Positions 28,217 through 34,267 of a stretch of DNA of 34,267 nucleotides are shown one piece after another (position 1 is the stretch's first letter; every line of letters begins with the position of its first letter). The notes under the pieces were generated by a model. It did no database searches. It saw nothing but the letters and a program-made list of their open reading frames with translations, and had not been told where the DNA came from. This DNA comes from an uncultured Actinomycetes bacterium (GTDB taxonomy: Bacteria; Actinomycetota; Thermoleophilia; Miltoncostaeales; Miltoncostaeaceae), in contig CAIPNN010000006.1 in the NCBI GenBank assembly GCA_903866425.1, positions 1 to 34,267 on the forward strand, written 5' to 3'. A program made the position numbers and the translations under genes.

Positions 28217-29215
28217 TCAGGCCGCCTTGCGGTTCACCCCGGTTACCTCTCCGGATGCCACGGCCCGCACCTCGCCGTCGGCCTCCACCCGCAAACGCCC
28301 GAGCTCGTCAATGCCCCGGCACACCCCGGTCATCTCCCCTGCCGCCGTGCCCACCGTCACATGCGCGCCGGCCAGGTGGTCGCGCTTGGCGAATGCGGCG
28401 ACCACAGCTGCCGGGCCGTGCTCCACCCAGGCGGCGTAGCGATGGCCAATCGCGCCGAGCGCCGCCACGAGCAGATCTTCGCGGCGCGGCCGCGGACCGA
28501 TGGACGCGAGCGACCCGGCGGTCCAGCGCGTGCTCGCCACCTCGGGCACCGGCCCCACGTTGATACCCATGCCCGCAATCGCCCAGGTCACGCGCTCCTG
28601 ATCGGCCGAGAGCTCGCACAGAATTCCGGCCACCTTCACGCCTGAGGCGATGATGTCGTTGGGCCAGGCGATCTGGACGTCGGGCACACCGACCTCGTCG
28701 AGCGCGTCAGCCAGCCCCACCGCGATGACCAGCGGCAGCATGCCCGCATCAATCGGGCTCACCCTCGGCCGGAGGATGACCGTGTACATCAGCGCCTCAC
28801 CCGGCGCGTCCACCCAGGCCCGGCCACGCCGCCCCCGGCCGGCGGTCTGGTGGTCGCTCCCGATGACCATGCCCTCGGGTGCGCCGTCACGGGCCAACTG
28901 CGCGGCGTCATCGTTGGTGGATCCGATTTCGGGCGTCCACGTCACAGGGCCGGCGAGTGGCGACGTGAGCCGTGGCATCACTGCCGCGGGGATGACCGGG
29001 TCGGCGGCCGGGTCGAGCACATAGCCCGCGCGGGTGGCCTCAATCGGCATGCCCTCGGCGCGGAGGGCCTCCACGTGCCGGTGCACCGCCGCCCGTGAGC
29101 ACCCGAGGTCGCGTGCAATTGCCCCACCCGACACCCGCTCCCCCGCCTTCGCGGCAAGGGCTGCCAGCACGGCGTCGCGCCGTGCCGTCACGTCGTCAGG
29201 GAGATCACTGCCCAT
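28217..29215 (-). CDS. birA: bifunctional biotin--[acetyl-CoA-carboxylase] ligase / biotin operon repressor (N-terminal HTH present)
   Basis: HTH region is GGAIARDLGCSRAAVHRHVEALRAEGMPIEATRAGYVL. The ligase core is GSTNDDA...QTAGRGRRGRAW...VKVAGILCE. GTG 29191 is an alternative start. Confidence 0.9.
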   Translation of the reverse strand: MGSDLPDDVTARRDAVLAALAAKAGERVSGGAIARDLGCSRAAVHRHVEALRAEGMPIEATRAGYVLDPAADPVIPAAVMPRLTSPLAGPVTWTPEIGSTNDDAAQLARDGAPEGMVIGSDHQTAGRGRRGRAWVDAPGEALMYTVILRPRVSPIDAGMLPLVIAVGLADALDEVGVPDVQIAWPNDIIASGVKVAGILCELSADQERVTWAIAGMGINVGPVPEVASTRWTAGSLASIGPRPRREDLLVAALGAIGHRYAAWVEHGPAAVVAAFAKRDHLAGAHVTVGTAAGEMTGVCRGIDELGRLRVEADGEVRAVASGEVTGVNRKAA

Positions 29216-29232
29216 GTGCGAAGCGTAATGAG

Positions 29233-29306
29233 CGCGCCCGGCTGGATTCGAACCAGCGACCGTCGGATTAGAAGTCCGGTGCTCTATCCAGCTGAGCTAC
29301 GGGCGC
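29233..29306 (-). tRNA. tRNA-Arg, anticodon TCT; CCA not encoded
   Basis: Folded by hand. Acceptor GCGCCCG/CGGGCGC; D arm GCTC-AGCTGGATA-GAGC; anticodon loop CTTCTAA; T arm GCTGG-TTCGAAT-CCAGC; discriminator G. One C-A mismatch at the top of the anticodon stem. Confidence 0.9.
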
Positions 29307-29325
29307 AGGGTGAAAACCCCGTGCG

Positions 29326-29613
29326 TCATCTCTCGTCGAACGCAGGGGTACCGGGGCCGTAGCCGGCGCTCTCGAGCGCCGTGCGCACGTCAACCAGCAT
29401 CTGGGTGTCAACGTCCTTGTGCTTGGGACGGTGCAGGAACAGCAGGCTCTCGCCGAGCATCACCTTGAACTTGCCGTTGTGCTCCTCCTCCACCGTGCCC
29501 ACGGCCTCGAGCAGCGAGATGACCTCGCGCCACTCGACGTTGTGCGCGCCACCCGCGTGGTCGAAGACCTTGTGGAGGGTGCTGCGGTGATGACTGCCGA
29601 GGTGCTCTGACAC
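29326..29613 (-). CDS. small hypothetical protein, 95 aa, His-rich N-terminus
   Basis: GTG 29613 is preceded by AGGAG with a 9-nt spacer. Third-position G/C bias is good. The product begins MSEHLGSHHRSTLHKVFDHAGGAHNVEWREVISLLEAVG... I recognised no family. Confidence 0.6.
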   Translation of the reverse strand: MSEHLGSHHRSTLHKVFDHAGGAHNVEWREVISLLEAVGTVEEEHNGKFKVMLGESLLFLHRPKHKDVDTQMLVDVRTALESAGYGPGTPAFDER

Positions 29614-29686
29614 GCGGGTGTGCTCCTGTGAAATGGATGAGGCGAATCTGCGGGGCCGAGACTAGTCGGCGCGGGGTGCAAAACGA

Positions 29687-29722
29687 CGAGAGCCCCGTCG
29701 CCGTGAGGCGACGGGGCTCTCG
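29687..29722 (-). terminator. rho-independent terminator of the nitroreductase-like gene
   Basis: cgagagccccgtcgcc-gtga-ggcgacggggctctcg: 16-bp perfect stem with a 4-nt loop. On the minus strand it is followed by TCGTTTTG (29686-29679). It starts 25 nt after the stop at 29747. Confidence 0.8.
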
Positions 29723-29746
29723 CAAACCAGCGAACTGGTTCGGTGA

Positions 29747-30760
29747 CTAGCTGTCGGGCAGCAGCTTCGACGTGTCGATGCCGTGCTCGGTCATGATCTT
29801 GCGGAAGGTCTCGAGGACCTCCTCGGGGTACTCGGGAAGGTCCTCGTTCTCGAGCAGGTACTGGGCGCGGGCCTTGATGTTGGGGCCGAAGTCCCAGTCA
29901 TCGTCAGCCATGAGGCGCTTGATGTCCTTCTCGGGCCACGAGATGACGCCCGGGTCACGGCCGAACTGCTCGGAGAGCTTGTCGATCTCCTCGAAGCGGC
30001 CCGGAATCGGTGCCTGCTCCTGGATGAGGCCCTTCTCGCGAAGCGCGTCCTCGAGGCCGTCAGCCATGTGGCGCGGGTTGCCCATGCGCTCGTTGTTGAA
30101 GAGCGACTCGAACTTCAGGCGCACACGCTGACCACCAGCGGCGGCGTCCTCGAGCGGGTAACCGACAGCGTGGCCCCACGTGAAGCTGTAGTGCTTCGGA
30201 AGGCCAAAGGCCTCCTGAATACCGCCCGGCTTGCGGCCGAAGGCGATGAGGATGGAACCGACACCCAGAGCCTGGCCGGCGAGCAGCGACTGTGCGACGT
30301 GCTGACCGGTCTCAAACCGGAGCAGCTGGTCGGTGCGCTCAACCGGGAAGCTCATCAGACGCGGAATGGTCTGCGTCATCGAGAACTCGTAGTTCCAGCC
30401 GTGGTACTTGGTGAGGGCGCCCGACATCGCGAGGGTCGAAAGACCGTCGATGGCACGGCCGTACCAAGCGTTGAGGTTGGTGAACCAGAAGATCAGGTGC
30501 GACGACTGGTTGATGATCTGCACGTTGAAGCCGGAGACGCACTCTTCGATGTCGTCCCAGAGCTCGGAGTCCTTGGTGACGACCACGGCCTCGGTGCAGT
30601 TGATGTTGCCCTGACACGACGCGAAGCGCGCGGCGTTGAGCATGGTGTCGATCTTCCAGTCCTCGACCGTCTTGGTGGGGTCGTAGTACCGGTAACTACG
30701 GCGATTGCCGATCGCCTGAAGCGTCGGCATATCGGGGATGTCAGAGGCTTTCACGGCCAT
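29747..30760 (-). CDS. nitroreductase-superfamily protein with ~110-aa acidic C-terminal extension
   Basis: ATG 30760 is preceded by GGGAGA with an 8-nt spacer. The N-terminal IGNRRSYRYYDP matches the RRSxRxF/Y signature of the nitroreductase fold. The core runs to about residue 225. The acidic helical tail reads ...EEIDKLSEQFGRDPGVISWPEKDIKRLMADDDWDFGP...EDLPEYPEEVLETFRKIMTEHGID. Confidence 0.7.
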   Translation of the reverse strand: MAVKASDIPDMPTLQAIGNRRSYRYYDPTKTVEDWKIDTMLNAARFASCQGNINCTEAVVVTKDSELWDDIEECVSGFNVQIINQSSHLIFWFTNLNAWYGRAIDGLSTLAMSGALTKYHGWNYEFSMTQTIPRLMSFPVERTDQLLRFETGQHVAQSLLAGQALGVGSILIAFGRKPGGIQEAFGLPKHYSFTWGHAVGYPLEDAAAGGQRVRLKFESLFNNERMGNPRHMADGLEDALREKGLIQEQAPIPGRFEEIDKLSEQFGRDPGVISWPEKDIKRLMADDDWDFGPNIKARAQYLLENEDLPEYPEEVLETFRKIMTEHGIDTSKLLPDS

Positions 30761-30924
30761 CAGGTGGATCTCCCTGAGTCAGCGGGCGGAGTGTGATTGG
30801 TTCGGCGTCCTTGACGCGTTGGAGGTAAATCTACACGCGGGCGGAGTTCGTTGCATGGGGAACGCACTCGAACCATTCAACCCGTTGCATCAGGGCCGTA
30901 TGACCGGGCGGGCAATGGGCCCCA

Positions 30925-31302
30925 ATGTCTAGCCTGCCCGCCATGCCTAATCTTCTTCTTGTCACCGTTCCCACCGACGAGGTCCTCAACAAGGAGGGCA
31001 AGGTTCGCTTCCCCGGCACTGACGCCGCGGTTGCAGCCCTCACCGAGGCCGGCTGGACCGTGGAGGTCATTGACCCCCTCTGGCCCGGTCCGCTCCGTCG
31101 CGTGGAAGAGGGCGGCGTTGACGCCGTCCTGGTCTCCTGCTTCAAGGCCGTCCCGCGCTCGCGCGATGCGGCATCAATGCTGTCCCGCATGGCGGAGGTC
31201 CCGGTGTTCACCGTGGGCGTCCTCCAGAAGGACGACGCATTCCGCACCATGGCCCCCGAGGTCGGCGTGCTGAGGAACATCGGAGAGCTGCCGCAGGGCT
31301 GA
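30925..31302 (+). CDS. hypothetical protein, 125 aa (possibly 119 aa from ATG 30943), alpha/beta-looking, unknown function
   Basis: The plus-strand frame has coding-like third-position bias and ordinary amino-acid composition. The competing minus-strand ORF 30831..31571 is Arg/Ser/Ala-rich antisense-type text. No clear SD. Confidence 0.5.
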   Translation: MSSLPAMPNLLLVTVPTDEVLNKEGKVRFPGTDAAVAALTEAGWTVEVIDPLWPGPLRRVEEGGVDAVLVSCFKAVPRSRDAASMLSRMAEVPVFTVGVLQKDDAFRTMAPEVGVLRNIGELPQG

Positions 31303-31325
31303 TGCCCGCGGGGCCGAATATGGCC

Positions 31326-31355
31326 CGGTCGGCGGTCCACACGGGCCGCCGACCG
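31326..31355 (+). promoter_or_regulatory. stable hairpin between the 125-aa ORF and the Rpf-like gene (terminator or 5'-leader structure)
   Basis: cggtcggcggtcc-acac-gggccgccgaccg: 13 pairs including one G-U, loop ACAC. It ends 17 nt before ATG 31372. Confidence 0.4.
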
Positions 31356-31371
31356 AAGTTCCTCAATCCCG

Positions 31372-32319
31372 ATGCGCGCACCACTCGCCATCGCAACCGC
31401 GACCCTCATGGGCATCGCGCTCACGTCCATCACCCTCGGGGTGCCGGGCGACGATTCCGCACGCTCGCGCATCCGTGTGCTGGAGCAGCGGGTCATCGCC
31501 GCCAACACCGCCATCCCCGCTGCACGGGCGGCTGAAGCCGATGCGGCGCGGCGCCTTGCGGAGGCCCGCACGCGCCTTGCGGCCGTCCAGCCCGCGCTCG
31601 ACCGCCGTGCGGCCGCGCACCGGGCCGGTCAGGCGCTGCTCGCGCGCCGGCTGCGCGACCTCTACCGCGACGGCGACACCGACCCGCTCGTCACCCTGCT
31701 GTTGTCGGGCGGCAACCTCAGCGCGGTGGCATCGGACGCCGCAGACCAGGAGCGCATCGCACAGGAAGATGCGGCGCTTGTCGGGCGCCTGAAGTCCGAC
31801 CGCGTCGAGGTGGCTCGTCTTGTGGCGGCCCGCACCCGCGATCGCGACGACGCTGCTGCTGCCGCGAAGGAGGCCCGGGCCAAGCGCGACGAGCTCGTGT
31901 CACTTCGCAACGAGCGGGCTGCGGCCCTGCGCGCGGCGAAGGCGTCGCTTGCCCGTATCGAAGCCAAGGCGGCACGCGTCGCGGCCAAATCGAAGGCCCG
32001 AGCATCTACACCTGTCACTGCGGCCGATACCACCGCGGGCACGCCGGCGGGTGGCGCGTGGCCCGCCGTGCCCGGTGGCCCCTCCCCCGCCGTGCTCGCC
32101 CGCATCGCGTCGTGCGAGAGCGGCGGCAACCCCAAGTCGATTGGCGGCGGCGGTCAGTTCCGCGGCAAGTACCAGTTCATGACCTCCACCTGGGAGGCCA
32201 TGGGCGGCAAGGGCGACCCGGCCAAGGCCAGCGAGGCCGAGCAGGACTACCGCGCTGCCCTGTTGTTCGTGAAGTGGGGACCGGGCCAATGGCCCGTCTG
32301 CGCCGCGTTCGCCCGGTGA
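31372..32319 (+). CDS. secreted coiled-coil protein with C-terminal Rpf-type transglycosylase-like domain
   Basis: N-terminal hydrophobic segment PLAIATATLMGIALTSITLG. A long Ala/Arg/Glu coiled-coil region follows. The C-terminus LARIASCESGGNPKSIGGGGQFRGKYQFMTSTWEAMGGKGDPAKASEAEQDYRAALLFVKWGPGQWPVCA resembles resuscitation-promoting-factor domains (CESGGN, catalytic Glu, flanking Cys pair). Confidence 0.8.
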   Translation: MRAPLAIATATLMGIALTSITLGVPGDDSARSRIRVLEQRVIAANTAIPAARAAEADAARRLAEARTRLAAVQPALDRRAAAHRAGQALLARRLRDLYRDGDTDPLVTLLLSGGNLSAVASDAADQERIAQEDAALVGRLKSDRVEVARLVAARTRDRDDAAAAAKEARAKRDELVSLRNERAAALRAAKASLARIEAKAARVAAKSKARASTPVTAADTTAGTPAGGAWPAVPGGPSPAVLARIASCESGGNPKSIGGGGQFRGKYQFMTSTWEAMGGKGDPAKASEAEQDYRAALLFVKWGPGQWPVCAAFAR

Positions 32320-32320
32320 T

Positions 32321-34267
32321 CTAAAGCGACGCGACGGTGGCGCCGTCGCCACCCTCGGCCGCCGGGGCAAGCTCGCGCGACTTCACCAGCGGGTGGGCGG
32401 CCAGCTCCTCATCAATGGCCGCTCGCAAGGCACCGGTTCCGCGGCCATGCACCACACGCACCGACTCGAGCCCCGCCTGTGCCGCCATGTCGATGTGATC
32501 GCGCACCGCGCGGCGCGCGGCCTCGGCCCGCTGGCCGCGCACATCCACATCGCGGGAGATGGCCTCCATCACCGGGCGCACCTCGGCCTTGGGCGCGGGC
32601 GCAGCGGTCGCCGCCGGTGTGAGATCGGGCGCCAGGCGCGACAGCGGCACGCGCACGCGTGCTGACGGCCCCTGCAGCTCAGCCATGTCGCCCTCGATCG
32701 ACAGCACCACACCGCGCACGCCCAGGGCCACATCAACGGCGTGCTCGCCCACCTCAGGCGCGCGCTCGGGCGCGACCGGTTCGGTGAGCCCGGCAAGACG
32801 ATCAGCGGCACGGCGTGCCACGTCGTCGGCCGCGCCAAGGCGCCTGTCGCGGTCGCGCTGGCGGTCAACCGAGCGCCGGTCGCGATCTTCGAGCCGCTTG
32901 CCGGCGGCGATCTCCTTGCGCAGCACTGCCAGGTCCTGGCGCAGGGCGATGAGCTCGGATTCGGCCTCGGCCCGCATGCGCGCACGTTCGTCGTCGGCCT
33001 TTGCGCGCAGCTTCTCGCGCTGACGCTCGGCCTCCTTGCGCTCGCGCTCGGCAACCGCACGGGCCTCAGCAGCAGCAGCACGGTCACGCTCAGCCTCGGC
33101 CCGGGCACGCTCGGCGTCTTCGGTGAGGCCCAGCAGCGCGCTGCGCTCGGGGCCCATGGCGGCACGGGCGCGGTCGAGCACCGACGCCGGCATGCCAAGG
33201 CGCTCGGCGATGCCAATGGCGTGCGACCCGCCCGGCTCGCCCACCACCAGTGAGTACGTGGGCGCAAGGGTGTCGGGGTCGAGCCCCACGGCGGCGTTGG
33301 CCGCCCCCGGCGTGCTGACGGCCCACGACTTCACCTCGGGCGAGTGAGTGGTGGCGAGCACCAACGTGCCCCGGTCGCGCAGGTCACCCAGCACCGCCTG
33401 CGCGATGGCGGCACCTTCAGCCGGGTCGGTGCCCGCCCCCACTTCGTCGAGCAACACCAGCGACCTGGCGCCGGCGTCATCCAGCACCCCGATGAGTGTG
33501 CGCACGTGCGCGGAGAACGTGGACAGACTCTCGGTGATGCTCTGGTCGTCGCCGATGTCGGCGATGACGGCATCGAACACGGGCAGGCGCACGCGGTCGG
33601 CCGGGGGCTGAAGGCCGCACTGGTGCAGCAGCGCGAACAGCCCAAGTGTCTTGAGCGACACCGTCTTGCCGCCCGTGTTGGGGCCGCTCACCACCAGCGA
33701 GCGGATACCCTCGAGGTCGAGATTGATGGGAACGGCCGTGCCAGGGTCGAGCAGCGGATGACGCGCCGCCACCAGCAGCGGCTCCCCCTCTTCGACCGGC
33801 GCGCCACGCCATGCCCGCGACAGCGACCCGCGTGCCAGGCACAGGTCGATCTGGGCCAGCGCCTCGGTGGCCTCGTCGAGCGCGTACCCGTGCTCGTCCA
33901 CCAACGCGGTGAGCTGGCCAAGGATGACCCCGAGTTCCTCGCGCTCGCGGGCCACGGCCTCGCGCACCCGGTTACTGGCCTCAACCACGGCGAGCGGCTC
34001 AACGAACAGCGTGCCGCCCGAGTCTGACGAGTCGTGCACGATTCCCGGCACCGCCGACCGCGATGACGCCTTGACGGCCAGCACGGGCCTGCCGCCGCGC
34101 TCGGTAATGAACCCCTCCTGCAGATGCGGCTTGGCCTCGGCGGCCACCTCGCGGAGCACCTCCTGTGCCTGACGGCGAAGTTCCGCGATATCGCGGCGGG
34201 CACGCGCGAGCGCAGATGATGCGTCGTCGCGAATGCCACCGCGGCCATCGAGGCAGGCGTCAAGCCG
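32321..34267 (-). CDS. mutS2: endonuclease MutS2 (MutS domain V ATPase plus C-terminal Smr domain), 5' end outside the window
   Basis: The frame is open from 34159 to the window edge (RLDACLDGRGGIRDDASSALARARRDIAELRRQAQE...), so the ORF-track GTG is internal. Walker A is VVSGPNTGGKTVSLKT, followed by LVLLDEVGAGTDP. A long Arg/Glu/Ala coiled coil follows. The Smr domain is VDVRGQRAEAARRAVRDHIDMA...VRVVHGRGTGALR. Confidence 0.9.
   Translation of the reverse strand, partial: RLDACLDGRGGIRDDASSALARARRDIAELRRQAQEVLREVAAEAKPHLQEGFITERGGRPVLAVKASSRSAVPGIVHDSSDSGGTLFVEPLAVVEASNRVREAVAREREELGVILGQLTALVDEHGYALDEATEALAQIDLCLARGSLSRAWRGAPVEEGEPLLVAARHPLLDPGTAVPINLDLEGIRSLVVSGPNTGGKTVSLKTLGLFALLHQCGLQPPADRVRLPVFDAVIADIGDDQSITESLSTFSAHVRTLIGVLDDAGARSLVLLDEVGAGTDPAEGAAIAQAVLGDLRDRGTLVLATTHSPEVKSWAVSTPGAANAAVGLDPDTLAPTYSLVVGEPGGSHAIGIAERLGMPASVLDRARAAMGPERSALLGLTEDAERARAEAERDRAAAAEARAVAERERKEAERQREKLRAKADDERARMRAEAESELIALRQDLAVLRKEIAAGKRLEDRDRRSVDRQRDRDRRLGAADDVARRAADRLAGLTEPVAPERAPEVGEHAVDVALGVRGVVLSIEGDMAELQGPSARVRVPLSRLAPDLTPAATAAPAPKAEVRPVMEAISRDVDVRGQRAEAARRAVRDHIDMAAQAGLESVRVVHGRGTGALRAAIDEELAAHPLVKSRELAPAAEGGDGATVASL

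Noticed and set aside
30811-30836. A sigma-70-like promoter (TTGACG at 30811-30816 with TACACG downstream) for the 125-aa ORF, and a TAGATT -10 on the opposite strand for the nitroreductase-like gene.
   Set aside because: The spacer lengths (about 15 nt) and the partner hexamers are poor. Promoter calls by eye in this GC context are unreliable, so they are not reported as features.
29233-30924. A possible genomic island integrated at tRNA-Arg, given the atypical nitroreductase-like gene next to a tRNA.
   Set aside because: There is no integrase, no recombinase, and no direct repeat of the tRNA 3' end that I could find. The atypical gene also lies on the 5' side of the tRNA rather than the usual 3' integration side. 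Only the compositional oddity is retained, as a finding.
31100-31371. A cyclic-di-AMP (ydaO-type) riboswitch, which is known upstream of rpfA genes in Streptomyces and mycobacteria.
   Set aside because: I could not find the conserved GGGGACCCA / GGGGUGAAUCC / ACCCGAA-type blocks. Most of the region is better explained as the 125-aa ORF, and only 69 nt are non-coding. A covariance-model scan would be needed to revive this idea.
30831-31571. A 246-aa minus-strand ORF spanning the 125-aa gene and the start of the Rpf-like gene.
   Set aside because: Its translation is Arg/Ser/Ala/Thr-rich with no motif, and it overlaps two plus-strand ORFs with better composition. It is a typical antisense artefact.

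Overview
Visibly very GC-rich bacterial chromosomal segment whose housekeeping synteny looks Actinomycetota-like. From memory it resembles the Streptomyces tig-clp-valS-folC-ndk-mre-pbp2-rodA ... rne-rplU-rpmA-obg-proBA neighbourhood. I support 31 protein-coding genes (28 on the minus strand) and 3 tRNA genes. I saw no rRNA, CRISPR array, transposase or integrase. Reading the minus strand from right to left: mutS2 (5' end outside the window); then on the plus strand a transglycosylase (Rpf-like) protein and a 125-aa unknown. The minus strand continues with a nitroreductase-like protein, a 95-aa unknown, tRNA-Arg(TCT), birA, a lipoprotein, an 830-aa secreted adhesin-like protein, a Zn-ADH and malate synthase. 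Next come tRNA-His(GTG), tRNA-Leu(TAG), tig, clpX, valS, folC, a 2-TM zinc-ribbon protein, ndk, maf, mreB, mreC, mreD, mrdA, rodA, a 286-aa unknown and an RNase E/G-family enzyme. An orphan solute-binding protein sits on the plus strand, followed on the minus strand by rplU, rpmA, obg, proB and proA (3' end outside the window). The block is extremely compact. Many junctions are 4-nt stop/start overlaps (ATGA or GTGA), and two convergent gene pairs share or abut their stop codons. The main observation concerns four conserved housekeeping genes: valS, mreB, maf and the RNase. Each has a conserved N-terminus that extends upstream of any ATG/GTG/TTG. Each seems to need a non-canonical initiator: ATA in an ATAG overlap, ATC behind a perfect GGAGG, and CTG/ATC inside two identical CTGATC stop/start junctions. 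Other items worth a second look: a pair of REP-like palindromes that extend the maf reading frame; an uncharacterised gene translationally wedged between rodA and the RNase; and a roughly 106-aa Lys/Ala/Pro-repeat tail on trigger factor. Also tig-clpX adjacency without clpP; tRNA genes sitting 17-37 nt upstream of protein start codons; an orphan solute-binding gene inserted antisense between the RNase gene and rplU; and a compositionally atypical nitroreductase-like gene with a C-terminal extension. All functional calls rest on my reading of the supplied translations and the sequence. No database search was run.
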